The notes under the pieces: generated by a model
The model's database searches: none
Told to the model about the DNA's origin: nothing
The model's input: only the letters and a program-made list of their open reading frames with translations
Assembly: GCA_902611715.1 (NCBI GenBank)
Contig: CACMAQ010000001.1
Span: 26,720-90,719, forward strand
DNA: 64,000 bases
Reading direction: 5' to 3'
Source of the DNA: an uncultured Pelagibacteraceae bacterium
GTDB lineage: Bacteria; Pseudomonadota; Alphaproteobacteria; Pelagibacterales; AG-422-B15
Translations under genes and position numbers: made by a program
Shown: positions 39,646 to 50,210 of the stretch, in pieces
Layout: every line of letters starts with the position of its first letter
Numbering within the stretch: position 1 is the first letter of the stretch

Positions 39646-40752
39646 ATGAGTGCATCGCACTGGTTTTCCAAATCTTATACTGAAGCTAAGAAACGGTTTA
39701 ATGAGTCTGTTAACCAACTAGAGTCACTGGGTCATCAAGTACAACGTGATAGCTTATCATTAGATTTAGTAGGTCCTGATGGAGAGGATCTCACAATAGA
39801 TATCGCAGTTCTTGGATCTTTAACAAGTAATAAATTATTGTTATATACCTCCGGTATACACGGCGTTGAGGGTTTTGCCGGTTCAGCTATACAACTTTCA
39901 GTCATTGATATGTTGAAAAATCAAAAGCTAATTGAGGATTATTGCATAATCTTCGTACATATCATTAATCCTTTTGGCATGGCTTGGCACCGAAGAGTCA
40001 ATGAAAACAATGTCGATATGAATAGAAATTTTATTAACACGCATAGCGGTGAGCCTGATGGCTATAAAAAAATAGATAAATTTTTGAATCCAAACACAAT
40101 ACCAAAAAAATTTGAATTATCCTTTTATATAGATGGAATAAAATTAATTTTGAAATATGGTTTCACTAATTTCAAGCAATGGTTTGCTCAAGGTCAGTAC
40201 ACAAGGCCATCCAGCCTGCAGTATGGAGGTGAAAAACTCCAAAAAGGTCCTAAATTATTAATTGATTGGTTAAGAAATAACTTAAAAGAAACTCAAATGA
40301 TATTTGGTATCGATTTGCACACTGGTCTTGGTAAATCTGGTTACGATACAATTTTAATTTCAGACCAAATTGGTGAAGCTGATTATGAATTGCTTCAAAA
40401 TTTATATGGAAGTCATATAGCACCGTTGGATCCAAATAAGGGGGTGGGCTATCACGTGACAGGCGACATTCACTCTGGAATTTCAGCTGAATTTCCATCT
40501 ATTAAGTGGCTTACAATCACACAAGAATTTGGAACTTATGGACCAGTAACAGTTTTTAAAAATTTAAGAGCTGAAAATAGATGGACACAAAACAATAAAC
40601 TCAATGATCCGCTGGATATTATGAAACATTGGAGTAGAAATAATTTATTACGTACATTTAATCCAGACAGTAGGAAATGGCATGAAAGTTTAATTGTGCG
40701 AGGAAAGATTGTATTTAATAGAGCAGTCGAATATCTTATTTCAATAGACTAA
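39646..40752 (+). CDS. DUF2817 / M14-like metallopeptidase-fold protein
   Basis: 368 aa. SGIHGVEGFAGS and NRNF motifs resemble the M14/succinylglutamate-desuccinylase-like DUF2817. The family is recalled from memory and was not searched. Confidence 0.5.
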   Translation: MSASHWFSKSYTEAKKRFNESVNQLESLGHQVQRDSLSLDLVGPDGEDLTIDIAVLGSLTSNKLLLYTSGIHGVEGFAGSAIQLSVIDMLKNQKLIEDYCIIFVHIINPFGMAWHRRVNENNVDMNRNFINTHSGEPDGYKKIDKFLNPNTIPKKFELSFYIDGIKLILKYGFTNFKQWFAQGQYTRPSSLQYGGEKLQKGPKLLIDWLRNNLKETQMIFGIDLHTGLGKSGYDTILISDQIGEADYELLQNLYGSHIAPLDPNKGVGYHVTGDIHSGISAEFPSIKWLTITQEFGTYGPVTVFKNLRAENRWTQNNKLNDPLDIMKHWSRNNLLRTFNPDSRKWHESLIVRGKIVFNRAVEYLISID

Positions 40753-41078
40753 TCGTACGTAATACCTTTTGTATCAAAAACTGATGCTAACTCCCCACTT
40801 TTATGCATGTCTAAAATAATATCGCATCCTCCAATAAACTCGCCCTTAATATAAAGTTGTGGAATTGTAGGCCAGTTAGTGAAATCTTTAATGCCTTGTC
40901 TTAGTTCGTCACTTTCCAAAATATTTACATCTTTATAATTTACGTTCATAAAAGAAAGAGTATTTACAACAGCATTCGAAAAACCACATTGAGGCTGGTC
41001 CTTTGTCCCTTTCATAAAGAGAACTACATCGTTTTGATCAACAATGTTTTTTATTTCATCTTGCACATTATCAGTCAT
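40749..41078 (-). CDS. grxD: Monothiol glutaredoxin (Grx4 family)
   Basis: 109 aa with the CGFS active site and WPTIPQLYIKGEFIGG. Confidence 0.85.
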   Translation of the reverse strand: MTDNVQDEIKNIVDQNDVVLFMKGTKDQPQCGFSNAVVNTLSFMNVNYKDVNILESDELRQGIKDFTNWPTIPQLYIKGEFIGGCDIILDMHKSGELASVFDTKGITYD

Positions 41079-41135
41079 GAATGAAGAATTAACTGCTTTT
41101 TATAATTATTCAATAATAATTTTGAGCCCTTTAGG

Positions 41136-43334
41136 TCAAAATTCATTAAACCATTTTGTATGGTGGTCAATTAAGCTTGATAATTCAACCTCTCCAATTG
41201 AATTGATTGAGATAGATGTTCCTCCAATTTCTCCAATTCTCTCTATTTTGACACCACTCTTGCTTGCGTCAACTTCTAGTTGTTCAAGTTTATTTTGTGA
41301 GACCTCAACCAGGTACCTAGCTTGATCCTCTCCAAAAAAGAAACCGTGAAGAAAATCTTTAGTTATATCAATTTTTATACCTTGCTTACCTGAAATGCAC
41401 ATTTCAGCAATTGCAATAAGAACACCACCTTCACCAACATCATGAACAGATTTTAGCAATTTCTTAGCGACACAATCTAGAATGAATTTTCCATTTTTTA
41501 ATTCATCATCCAAATTAATTGATGGGGTACCGCCGTCTTCTCTACTTTGTATGATTGAGAGATAATGACTATTGCCTAAATGATTGTAGCTTTCCCCAAT
41601 GAGGCATAAAACATTACCCTCATTTTTAAGATCTATTGTCATTGTATTAGATAAATCTCTAATTAGTCCAACTCCACCAATAGCGGGAGTAGGATAAATC
41701 CCTTCACCGTTAGTTTCATTATAGAGTGATACATTTCCTGAAATGACAGGGTAATTAAGCTTACTGCAAGCATCTCCCATGCCACGAATGCATTCTACAA
41801 ATTGTCCCATGATTTCTGGCTTTTCAGGATTTCCAAAATTCATACAATCTGTAATTGCAATTGGTTCAGCTCCGGATGCAACAATATTACGCCAAGTTTC
41901 AACAACCGCATGCTTTCCTCCTTCATAGGAATTATGTCTGCAGTATGTGGGTGAACAGTCTGTACTGATCGCTATTCCTTTGTTCGTTCCATGCACTCTG
42001 ACAACAGCTGCATCAGAACCAGGTCGCACAACTGTATCTGCCATAACCATGTGATCATATTGTTCCCATATCCATTTTCTGCTGCATAAACTTGGATGGC
42101 TGATCATTTTTAATAAATCGCTTAGGATATCTTTATCTTCAAAATCCTTACTTTCGAAACTAATTAGGGGAGAAGGGTCATTGACAATATAATCTCGCTG
42201 ATACTCTGGCGCATCCTCTACCAAAATATTAATTGGTATACTTGCCTGCTCTTCACCATTCATATGCAATATTAATTTTTTTGTATCTGTAACTTCACCA
42301 ATCACTTCAAATTCAAGATCCCATTTTTTAAAAATGCTTCGGGCAAGTTCCTCTTTTTTGGGCTGAATAACCATTAGCATTCTTTCCTGACTTTCTGAAA
42401 GCATGAGTTCGTAGGCAGTCATGTTAGCCGCTCGTATTGGAACCTTAGATAAATTTATATCAATCCCTACATTTCCTTTGGATGCCATCTCAATTGATGA
42501 TGAAGTTAAACCTGCAGCTCCCATATCTTGAATTGCTATAATTGCATCCTCTTTCATGAGTTCTAGACAAGCCTCAAGTAATAGTTTTTCAGTAAAAGGA
42601 TCGCCTACTTGAACAGTGGGTTTTTTTTCTTCAGAGTCATCATCAAATTCAGCTGATGCCATTGTTGCACCATGAATACCATCTCTACCTGTTTTTGAAC
42701 CAACATACACTACTGGATTTCCTATTCCTGCAGCCGCTGAATAGAAAATTTTATCTTTTTTTGCGATACCAACTGTCATAGCATTTACCAAAATATTGCC
42801 ATTGTACGATGGATGAAAATTTACTTCACCTCCAACAGTTGGAATTCCAATACAATTTCCGTAACCACCAATACCACCGACAACACCTGAGACTAAATGC
42901 TTTGTTTTTGGATGATTGGGATCTCCAAATCGAAGTGCATTCATGTTTGCTACAGGTCTTGCGCCCATAGTAAATACATCTCTCAAAATACCCCCTACAC
43001 CAGTTGCAGCTCCTTGATAAGGCTCTAGAAATGAAGGATGATTATGACTTTCCATTTTGAATACCGCAACATCTCCATCATCGATATCAATAACACCCGC
43101 GTTTTCACCTGGTCCTTGGATAACTCGTTCCCCTGAGGTTGGTAATTTTTTTAGCCAATACTTAGACGATTTATAGGAGCAATGTTCATTCCACATTGCA
43201 CTAAATATTCCAAGTTCAGTAAGATTGGGTTCACGCCCAAGACCCTCAACAATTTTTTCAAACTCGTCAAGTTTAAGACCGTGACTTTCTACAAGTGATT
43301 TTTCTGTATCAAAATGCCAATTGGATGAAGTCAT
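41136..43334 (-). CDS. purL: Phosphoribosylformylglycinamidine synthase subunit PurL (FGAM synthase II)
   Basis: 732 aa small-type PurL (HNHPS, duplicated AIR-synthase-like domains). It lies in the purS-purQ-purL order. Confidence 0.9.
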   Translation of the reverse strand: MTSSNWHFDTEKSLVESHGLKLDEFEKIVEGLGREPNLTELGIFSAMWNEHCSYKSSKYWLKKLPTSGERVIQGPGENAGVIDIDDGDVAVFKMESHNHPSFLEPYQGAATGVGGILRDVFTMGARPVANMNALRFGDPNHPKTKHLVSGVVGGIGGYGNCIGIPTVGGEVNFHPSYNGNILVNAMTVGIAKKDKIFYSAAAGIGNPVVYVGSKTGRDGIHGATMASAEFDDDSEEKKPTVQVGDPFTEKLLLEACLELMKEDAIIAIQDMGAAGLTSSSIEMASKGNVGIDINLSKVPIRAANMTAYELMLSESQERMLMVIQPKKEELARSIFKKWDLEFEVIGEVTDTKKLILHMNGEEQASIPINILVEDAPEYQRDYIVNDPSPLISFESKDFEDKDILSDLLKMISHPSLCSRKWIWEQYDHMVMADTVVRPGSDAAVVRVHGTNKGIAISTDCSPTYCRHNSYEGGKHAVVETWRNIVASGAEPIAITDCMNFGNPEKPEIMGQFVECIRGMGDACSKLNYPVISGNVSLYNETNGEGIYPTPAIGGVGLIRDLSNTMTIDLKNEGNVLCLIGESYNHLGNSHYLSIIQSREDGGTPSINLDDELKNGKFILDCVAKKLLKSVHDVGEGGVLIAIAEMCISGKQGIKIDITKDFLHGFFFGEDQARYLVEVSQNKLEQLEVDASKSGVKIERIGEIGGTSISINSIGEVELSSLIDHHTKWFNEF

Positions 43335-44005
43335 TAACTTAGAAGACTTTCAAAAATATTTCTTCCATCATCACACCCATGAATGCTTTCAGCTGCTCTT
43401 TCGGGGTGCGGCATCATACCTAGTACATTTTTGCTTTTGTTGAACACCCCGGCAATATTATTTATTGATCCATTTGGATTTGAATGGGAATTGATATCTC
43501 CGTTTTCGTCACAGTATTGGAAGGCAATTTGATCGTTATCTTCTATTTCTTTTATTTGATTACTGTTAGCAAAATAATTTCCCTCGTTGTGAGCTATTGG
43601 CATTTTCGAAATAGTGGATTTATTAGTAAACATGGTTTTTGTATTTGTTGGTTTAATTATTATGTCGCGACATATAAAACTTAAACTACTATTTCTCATT
43701 AGTGCACCTTGAAGAAGACCACTTTCAATTAGAATTTGAAATCCATTACAAATTCCCATTACCGGCACACCTTTATTTGCATTTTCAATCACACTTTTCA
43801 TGATAGGTGACGTTGATGCCATCGCGCCACATCGTAAATAATCACCATAAGAAAACCCACCAGGAACAACAATTAAATCTGATTGATTTATTGTCGAGTC
43901 TTTATGCCAAACCATTTCAGGCGAAGAGCCAATAATATTTTGAATTGCAACAGCTACATCTCTGTCGCAGTTCGAACCTGGGAAAACAATTACATGTGTC
44001 TTCAT
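43334..44005 (-). CDS. purQ: Phosphoribosylformylglycinamidine synthase glutaminase subunit PurQ
   Basis: 223 aa class I amidotransferase with GICNGFQ (catalytic Cys) and MPHPER. Confidence 0.9.
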   Translation of the reverse strand: MKTHVIVFPGSNCDRDVAVAIQNIIGSSPEMVWHKDSTINQSDLIVVPGGFSYGDYLRCGAMASTSPIMKSVIENANKGVPVMGICNGFQILIESGLLQGALMRNSSLSFICRDIIIKPTNTKTMFTNKSTISKMPIAHNEGNYFANSNQIKEIEDNDQIAFQYCDENGDINSHSNPNGSINNIAGVFNKSKNVLGMMPHPERAAESIHGCDDGRNIFESLLS

Positions 44006-44248
44006 CTAACTTTCAATTTCTACTGAGTAGTCTTCAATAACTAAGTTAGCCAATAATTTCTCACACATATCATTACACTGCTTCTCAGCTTCCTCTTTAC
44101 TGTTACTGTTGATTTCGAGTTCTATGAATTTTCCCTGTCTGACATCATTAACGTTGTCGAATCCAAGAGATTTCAGTGAATTTGCAATAACTGAGCCTTG
44201 AGGATCAAGTACGTCTTTTTTTAATGTGATATGAATTTTGGCAAGCAT
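44006..44248 (-). CDS. purS: Phosphoribosylformylglycinamidine synthase subunit PurS
   Basis: 80 aa. The LKKDVLDPQG motif and the position directly upstream of purQ support the call. Confidence 0.85.
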   Translation of the reverse strand: MLAKIHITLKKDVLDPQGSVIANSLKSLGFDNVNDVRQGKFIELEINSNSKEEAEKQCNDMCEKLLANLVIEDYSVEIES

Positions 44249-44254
44249 TAGACT

Positions 44255-44974
44255 TTAATGCACGATTCCTAATCTTGAGGCAACCTCCTCATATGCACTT
44301 AATAAGCTGCCGAGGTTTCTTCTGAACACATCCTTATCAAGTTTCTTATTAGTTTTTTTATCCCATAATCGACAAGAATCAGGACTTATTTCATCAGCTA
44401 ATACAATTTTTTTGGGGTTTGATGAAAGTCTGCCGAATTCAATTTTGAAATCTACAAGTATAATATTCTTTTTGAGAAAAAGATTTCTTAAGTGCTTATT
44501 AATTTGAAGAGACATTTTATCTATTTTTTTAAGCTCAGAGTTTGTTGCCCAACCAAAAGTGATAAGATGATCTCTTGAAATCATTGGATCATCCAAACTG
44601 TCTTCTTTGTAATAATATTCTAGTAAAGGTTTTTTAAGTTTTAATCCTTCTTTAATCCCTAATTTTTTAGCAATAGAGCCAGCTGTTATATTTCTTACAA
44701 CAAATTCAATCGGAATAATTTCACATTTTTTTATAAGTTGCTCACGGTCATTCAGCTTTTCTTCAAAATGTGTTGGGATACGTTTTGACTTAAGGTAATG
44801 CATAATGTAAGCAGAAATATGATTGTTTAGTACGCCTTTGCCTTTAAAAATTTTATGTTTCTTTTTATTATAGGCTGTAGCATCGTCTTTAAAAATTTGA
44901 ATGAGTGTGTTTTTTTTAGGCCCTTTAATAATTTTTTTAGCCTTACCTTCATATAAAGTTTTAGATGATCTCAT
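44255..44974 (-). CDS. purC: Phosphoribosylaminoimidazole-succinocarboxamide (SAICAR) synthase
   Basis: 239 aa with YEGKAK, IPIEFVVRN and LADEISPDSCRLW motifs. Confidence 0.9.
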   Translation of the reverse strand: MRSSKTLYEGKAKKIIKGPKKNTLIQIFKDDATAYNKKKHKIFKGKGVLNNHISAYIMHYLKSKRIPTHFEEKLNDREQLIKKCEIIPIEFVVRNITAGSIAKKLGIKEGLKLKKPLLEYYYKEDSLDDPMISRDHLITFGWATNSELKKIDKMSLQINKHLRNLFLKKNIILVDFKIEFGRLSSNPKKIVLADEISPDSCRLWDKKTNKKLDKDVFRRNLGSLLSAYEEVASRLGIVH

Positions 44975-45046
44975 TGCAGGTAATAAAAATATTTGTTAAG
45001 ATAAGTGCTTAAATTAAATTAAATTCATTCAAAAGTACAAAAAATC

Positions 45047-45376
45047 ATGAAAAAACTTGATGAGAGAAAAAAGGGTTTCGAGGGTAAGTTTGCTCGTGAC
45101 CAGGAACTAGAGTTTAAAATATTAGCCCGTAGAAATAAGTATTTAGGTGTGTGGGCAGCTGAAAAATTAGGCATATCAGGCCCTGGTGTTGAAGAATATT
45201 TTGCAGAGGTTGTAAAATCAGATCTTGAAGAAGACGGGGATATGGATGTTTTTAGAAAGGTTAGAAAGGATTTTGACGATAAAGGTATTTCAATTTCAGA
45301 CGACGAATTAAGACAAAGTATGGATCAATTTTTACTTCAAGCAAAAGAAGAAATTATTGGTAAAGACAACATATAA
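45047..45376 (+). CDS. DUF1476 protein (alphaproteobacterial F1Fo-ATPase zeta-inhibitor family)
   Basis: 109 aa. FEGKFARDQELEFKILARRNKYLGVWAAEKLG matches the DUF1476/zeta-subunit family. Confidence 0.7.
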   Translation: MKKLDERKKGFEGKFARDQELEFKILARRNKYLGVWAAEKLGISGPGVEEYFAEVVKSDLEEDGDMDVFRKVRKDFDDKGISISDDELRQSMDQFLLQAKEEIIGKDNI

Positions 45377-45385
45377 GAGTTTTTT

Positions 45386-45625
45386 ATGAAGTATCAGTTT
45401 GCCCAAAAAAAGAAAAAGTCGGTAAAAAAGAAAGTAACTAAAAAAAAGAAGCAAGTTACTAAAAAAAGGATTGTTAAGAAATCAACAAAGAAAAAATCAG
45501 TTAATAAAAAGAAAGCTTCTTTAGTGGATATGATTGATCGTTCTAATTATGTCGTATTTTACTATGCAGGAGCTTATGCGCTGATTTTTGGTTTATTTGC
45601 AGTCGCAATTTACTATTCAAATTAA
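45386..45625 (+). CDS. Lysine-rich, C-terminally TM-anchored miniprotein (hypothetical)
   Basis: 79 aa. About 45 residues are K-rich and are followed by one hydrophobic helix (YVVFYYAGAYALIFGLFAVAIYY). The ORF exactly fills the gap between the DUF1476 gene and purB. The RBS is weak. Confidence 0.4.
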   Translation: MKYQFAQKKKKSVKKKVTKKKKQVTKKRIVKKSTKKKSVNKKKASLVDMIDRSNYVVFYYAGAYALIFGLFAVAIYYSN

Positions 45626-45626
45626 A

Positions 45627-46919
45627 TTACTTAAAAACTTTTTTGAAAATATAGTCAGTTCTGCGAGCGGCATGTTTTAAATCTAAAATTTTTGATATTT
45701 CTTTTTTGCTTAGGTAATTTTTTAATTCTTCATCTTTGTTAAGTATTATCTCAAAATCTGCATTCGTTTTCCATACTTTCATTGCATTACGTTGAACTAT
45801 CTTGTACGCATTTTCTCGTGATAAACCTTTTTGTGTCATTGCCAGCATTAAACCTTCTGACATTGGCAATTTTTTTAATCTATCTAAATTAGTTTTCATA
45901 TTTTTAGGATATATAACAAGATTTGATATCACATTATTCATTCGTGAAAGTGCAAAGTCGATTATAATATTTGCATCTGGCGCCATTATTCTCTCTACAC
46001 TTGAATGTGATATGTCTCTTTCATGCCAAAGAGTAATATTTTCTAAAGCAGGAACCGTATAACCTCTAATCAGTCTTGCCAGTCCAGTTAAATTCTCAGT
46101 CAGAACTGGATTTCTTTTGTGAGGCATCGCTGATGACCCTTTTTGTCCTTTTGAAAAAAATTCTTCAACTTCTAAAACCTCAGTTCTTTGCAAATGTCTT
46201 ATCTCAGTAGCTAAACGTTCAATCGAACTTGCAATTACTGCAAGAGTATTAAAATATACTGCGTGACGATCTCTTGGAATTATTTGAGTTGAAATCGTTT
46301 CTGCTTTCATGCCCAACTTTTTTGCGACGTACTGTTCAACACGTGGATCAATATTTGCATAATTGCCAACTGCACCTGAAATCGCACAAACATTTATTTC
46401 TTCGATTGCTTTTAAAAAACGCTTATAGTTCCTCCAAAATTCTGCATAAAAAGATGCCATTTTAACTCCAAAGGTTGTGGGTTCCGCATGAATTCCATGA
46501 CTTCTTCCAATGCATGGTGTGTTTTTATGTTTTATTGCAATCTTTTTTAATGATTTTAGTAAATTTAATAGTTCCTTCTCAATAATGACCGAGGACTGTT
46601 TTAGTTGAACATTAAAAGCCGTATCTAAAATATCTGAAGAAGTTAGACCTTGGTGAAGAAATCTTGCAGGTGGACCCGCGTATTCAGAAATTGTTGTTAA
46701 AAAAGCAATTACATCGTGTTTCACTTTTTTTTCAATTTGGTCAATTCTCTTTTCATTAATCTTTGCTTTTGATCTAATTTTTTTACTTGTTCCCTTAGGA
46801 ACAGTTCCTAATTTTTCCATGGCTTCACAAGCGTAGAGCTCAATATCAAGCCATATTTTAAATTTAGAGTTAGAGCTCCAAACGTCAGTCATCTCGGCTC
46901 TAGAATAACGAGGGATCAT
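45627..46919 (-). CDS. purB: Adenylosuccinate lyase
   Basis: 430 aa with the fumarate-lyase signature GSSAMPHKRNP. Confidence 0.9.
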   Translation of the reverse strand: MIPRYSRAEMTDVWSSNSKFKIWLDIELYACEAMEKLGTVPKGTSKKIRSKAKINEKRIDQIEKKVKHDVIAFLTTISEYAGPPARFLHQGLTSSDILDTAFNVQLKQSSVIIEKELLNLLKSLKKIAIKHKNTPCIGRSHGIHAEPTTFGVKMASFYAEFWRNYKRFLKAIEEINVCAISGAVGNYANIDPRVEQYVAKKLGMKAETISTQIIPRDRHAVYFNTLAVIASSIERLATEIRHLQRTEVLEVEEFFSKGQKGSSAMPHKRNPVLTENLTGLARLIRGYTVPALENITLWHERDISHSSVERIMAPDANIIIDFALSRMNNVISNLVIYPKNMKTNLDRLKKLPMSEGLMLAMTQKGLSRENAYKIVQRNAMKVWKTNADFEIILNKDEELKNYLSKKEISKILDLKHAARRTDYIFKKVFK

Positions 46920-46943
46920 ATAAGTATGTTTTTAATCTTTAAT

Positions 46944-47714
46944 TTACGGTTTATCAAGCCCAGCAGGTGATTTTGTAAAAATTTCTACGCCATCGTTGGT
47001 AATGCCAATACTATGCTCAAATTGTGCTGACAAACTTTTATCTTTTGTAACAGCCGTCCAACCATCGCCTAACATTCTAACATCATATTTTCCAAAATTT
47101 ATCATCGGCTCTACCGTAAAAAACATGCCTGGTTCAATTCTTTCACCTTTACCTTTATCCCCGTAGTGAAGAATGTTTGGAAACTCATGAAAAACTTTTC
47201 CTAGTCCATGACCACAAAAATCACGAACAACACTGTAGTTTTGTTTTTCTGCATACGTTTGAATTGCACTACCAATATCACCTAATGTTGCATCAGGTTG
47301 AGCAGCATTAATGCCTTCATGCATTGCTTGGAAAGTACAATCAATTAATTTTTGTGCTTTGGCATTTATTTTTCCAACAGGAAACATGCGGCTCGTATCG
47401 CCGTGCCAGCCATCAACAATTACAGTTACATCAATATTTACAATATCTCCATTTTCTAAAATTCTTGATGAAGGTATTCCATGGCATATTACGTGATTAA
47501 TTGAAGTACAAACTGACTTAGGATAGCCCTTATAAAATAAAGGGGCAATAAGGCCTCCATGACGAACTATATAATCAAATGCAATATTATCTAACTCTTC
47601 AGTAGAAACACCAGGCTTTACTTTTTCAACAAGAAGATCCAAAGTAGATGCTGCAAGATTACCTGCTTTTCGCATCCCTTCAAAGTCATTTGAGCTATGA
47701 ATAGTGTTATTCAA
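46944..47714 (-). CDS. map: Methionine aminopeptidase type I
   Basis: 256 aa with CHGIP, D..V..DGWHGD, HG.G and EP metal-ligand blocks. Confidence 0.9.
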   Translation of the reverse strand: MNNTIHSSNDFEGMRKAGNLAASTLDLLVEKVKPGVSTEELDNIAFDYIVRHGGLIAPLFYKGYPKSVCTSINHVICHGIPSSRILENGDIVNIDVTVIVDGWHGDTSRMFPVGKINAKAQKLIDCTFQAMHEGINAAQPDATLGDIGSAIQTYAEKQNYSVVRDFCGHGLGKVFHEFPNILHYGDKGKGERIEPGMFFTVEPMINFGKYDVRMLGDGWTAVTKDKSLSAQFEHSIGITNDGVEIFTKSPAGLDKP

Positions 47715-48412
47715 TTTAATATCTTTATTTTTTTATTTACACTTATACCATTTCTACTAAAAGAACAGTCATAACATAATGGTTCTACACCCATTTTTTT
47801 AACCTTCTTAAAAGTATCTGCATATTTAGTATCAATATCTGCAGCGATCTTAAACTTACTGCAATCATCTCTTTGGACTAAGAAAAGCATTACAGCTCTA
47901 ACAGACTTGGTTGGTAGAGTGGAAAGCTCATTTAAATGCTTTAGTCCTCTTTCAGTGACCGCATCGGGAAATTCTGCAATTGATTCATCTCTCGATAAAG
48001 TAACATTTTTAACTTCTACATATATTTCTTCATTTTTTTTTTGAACTAAGAAGTCAATTCTAGAATTTTGTCCGTACTTAACTTCTCTTTTAAATGATAC
48101 AATATTTCCTAGCTCTGAAATTTTGCCATTACTTATTGCTTCCTCAACAATTCGATTAGCTCGATGAGTATTTACTCCAACCATTGCTCCGTTTGATTGA
48201 ATTGCTTCTAAAGTAAATTTTAGTTTTCGGTTAGGATCATCTGCTTCTGTTAAATAGACCAAATTATCTTTTTCAAGCAATCCCATCATAGAGCCTGTAT
48301 TAGGACAATGAGCTGTGACAATTTTTTTACTATCAAGTTGAACATCTACAAAAAATCTCTTATATCTCTTTATGAACTTACCAGTGAGGAAATTTTTCGA
48401 ATTTTTTGACAT
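47711..48412 (-). CDS. sfsA: Sugar fermentation stimulation protein SfsA
   Basis: 233 aa. RYKRFFVDV...HCPNTGSM and FPDAVTERG.KHL are typical of SfsA. Confidence 0.85.
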   Translation of the reverse strand: MSKNSKNFLTGKFIKRYKRFFVDVQLDSKKIVTAHCPNTGSMMGLLEKDNLVYLTEADDPNRKLKFTLEAIQSNGAMVGVNTHRANRIVEEAISNGKISELGNIVSFKREVKYGQNSRIDFLVQKKNEEIYVEVKNVTLSRDESIAEFPDAVTERGLKHLNELSTLPTKSVRAVMLFLVQRDDCSKFKIAADIDTKYADTFKKVKKMGVEPLCYDCSFSRNGISVNKKIKILN

Positions 48413-48418
48413 AAGCTT

Positions 48419-49144
48419 ATGAAAGCATCATTGATTATTATAGGTAATGAAATTTTATCAGGTCGTACACAAGATAAGAATCTATCATATCTTGCAAATT
48501 GGTTGAATGAAATAGGTATTCAATTAACAGAAGTCAGAGTAATTCGTGACGAAGAGGATGTGATTGTTGAGACAGTTAACCATTTAAGAAAAACTTATGA
48601 CTATGTGTTTACCACTGGGGGCATTGGGCCAACACACGACGACATCACTTCAGAGTCAATTGCTAAAGCATTTTCTGTTGATTTGGAAATAAATCAGGGA
48701 GCGCTCTCAATATTAAAAGAGTATTATAAAGATGGAGAGCTCACAGAAGCTCGAATGAAGATGACTAAGATGCCTGTTGGCTCAGAGCTCATTGAAAATC
48801 CAGTCAGTAGAGCGCCAGGGTTTAAAATGGACAATGTATTTGTTTTGGCAGGTATACCAGGAATTATGCAAGGAATGTTGGAGGGGGCTCGTCAATTTCT
48901 TAAGAAAGGGGATGTGGTAAAATCTAAATCAGTCGACATTTTTACCCCCGAAAGCAATGTGGCCGAGATACTGACTAACCTTCAGGCAAAATATAGCTCG
49001 GTTGAAATAGGCAGTTATCCATTTAGCAAGGAAAATAGATTTGGAACATCAATTGTTATGCGTTCAACGAGCGATGATCAGCTTTCAAAATGTGATACAG
49101 AATTAAAGGAATTAGTTAAAAATTATGATACAAAACATTGTTAA
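48419..49144 (+). CDS. CinA-like molybdopterin-binding (MoCF_biosynth) domain protein
   Basis: 241 aa with IIGNEILSGRTQDKN and TTGGIGPTHDDIT motifs. Confidence 0.65.
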   Translation: MKASLIIIGNEILSGRTQDKNLSYLANWLNEIGIQLTEVRVIRDEEDVIVETVNHLRKTYDYVFTTGGIGPTHDDITSESIAKAFSVDLEINQGALSILKEYYKDGELTEARMKMTKMPVGSELIENPVSRAPGFKMDNVFVLAGIPGIMQGMLEGARQFLKKGDVVKSKSVDIFTPESNVAEILTNLQAKYSSVEIGSYPFSKENRFGTSIVMRSTSDDQLSKCDTELKELVKNYDTKHC

Positions 49145-49265
49145 TTTTTATCCACAAATCTCTAAGTAATTGATTTTATTTATTATTATTATTTTTTTAA
49201 TATTTACTTAAGTAGGATTCTCAATAATAATTGCCTAATTTTATAAAATTAAGGGGAAAATAAAC

Positions 49266-49958
49266 ATGAAAGTATTAATGCTAAATCCCGGAGATCAGGT
49301 AGCCATTTCGTTTTGGTTGATCTCTATGGCCATGGTTGCCGCTACTGCTTTCTTCTTTCTTGAAAGAGATCGTGTAGCTGCTAAATGGAAAACGTCCCTA
49401 ACAGTTGCTGGTTTGGTCACTGGTGTGGCGGCGTGGCACTATTTCTACATGAGAGATGTATGGGTAGCTACAGGTGATTCGCCAACAGTCCTTCGTTATA
49501 TTGACTGGTTGATTACTGTGCCTCTACAAATCGTAGAATTCTATGTAATTCTTGCAGCGATGACTGCTGTTGCTTCAAGCCTTTTCTGGAGACTACTAAT
49601 TGCATCAATTATTATGCTTGTCGGCGGTTATCTCGGTGAAACTGGAGCGATGAATGTAACACTAGCCTTTGTAATTGGTATGGCTGGATGGTTGTATATC
49701 ATCTACGAGGTTTTTGCAGGTGAAGCGAGCAAGGCAAGTGCTGGTAGTGGGAATGCTGCCGGTCAGACTGCATTTAACGCATTGAGATTAATTGTTACAG
49801 TAGGATGGGCAATTTATCCAATTGGTTATGCTGTGGGTTACTTCGGTGGCGGCGTTGACGCTGGCGCATTGAACTTAATCTATAACCTTGCAGACTTTGT
49901 TAATAAAATTGCATTTGGTATGGCTATTTATGTAGCTGCAGTATCAGACAGCAACTAG
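49266..49958 (+). CDS. Proteorhodopsin, blue-absorbing type (Q105)
   Basis: RYIDWLITVPLQIVEF gives D97, Q105 and E108 in GPR numbering. The Schiff-base Lys lies in ADFVNKIAFG. 7 TM helices. The RBS AAGGGG lies upstream of the ATG. Confidence 0.9.
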   Translation: MKVLMLNPGDQVAISFWLISMAMVAATAFFFLERDRVAAKWKTSLTVAGLVTGVAAWHYFYMRDVWVATGDSPTVLRYIDWLITVPLQIVEFYVILAAMTAVASSLFWRLLIASIIMLVGGYLGETGAMNVTLAFVIGMAGWLYIIYEVFAGEASKASAGSGNAAGQTAFNALRLIVTVGWAIYPIGYAVGYFGGGVDAGALNLIYNLADFVNKIAFGMAIYVAAVSDSN

Positions 49959-49984
49959 TTAACTGCAAAGTAAATAATAAAGAA

Positions 49985-50008
49985 GGGGCCTTCGGGCCCC
50001 TTTTTTTT
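49985..50008 (+). terminator. Rho-independent terminator after proteorhodopsin
   Basis: A perfect GGGGCC-TTCG-GGCCCC hairpin (49985-50000) is followed by T8 (50001-50008). Confidence 0.85.
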
Positions 50009-50064
50009 ATCCATTGTTAAAGTTCTGGAACTTAATTACACATAGAGCTATAAATTACCTTATT

Positions 50065-50152
50065 GGCCTCATGGCGGAATTGGTAGACGCAAAGGACTTA
50101 AAATCCTTTGGGATTTATTCCCGTCCCGGTTCGAGTCCGGGTGAGGCCACCA
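50065..50152 (+). tRNA. tRNA-Leu (anticodon UAA)
   Basis: Hand-folded. Acceptor GGCCTCA/TGAGGCC; anticodon stem AAGGA/TCCTT with loop CTTAAAA; long variable arm; T arm CCCGG-TTCGAGT-CCGGG; encoded CCA. Confidence 0.85.
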
Positions 50153-50210
50153 GAAAACTAGCTAATTTTTATGAGTGATGTGAGAGGAAATTTTGGTTAT
50201 ACTTTTATAT

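Noticed and set aside
45400-45520. Repetitive AAA/AAG-rich tract, considered as a possible repeat array
   Set aside because: It is in-frame lysine codons of a small ORF. There is no repeat-spacer periodicity. I noticed no CRISPR-like arrays anywhere in the window.
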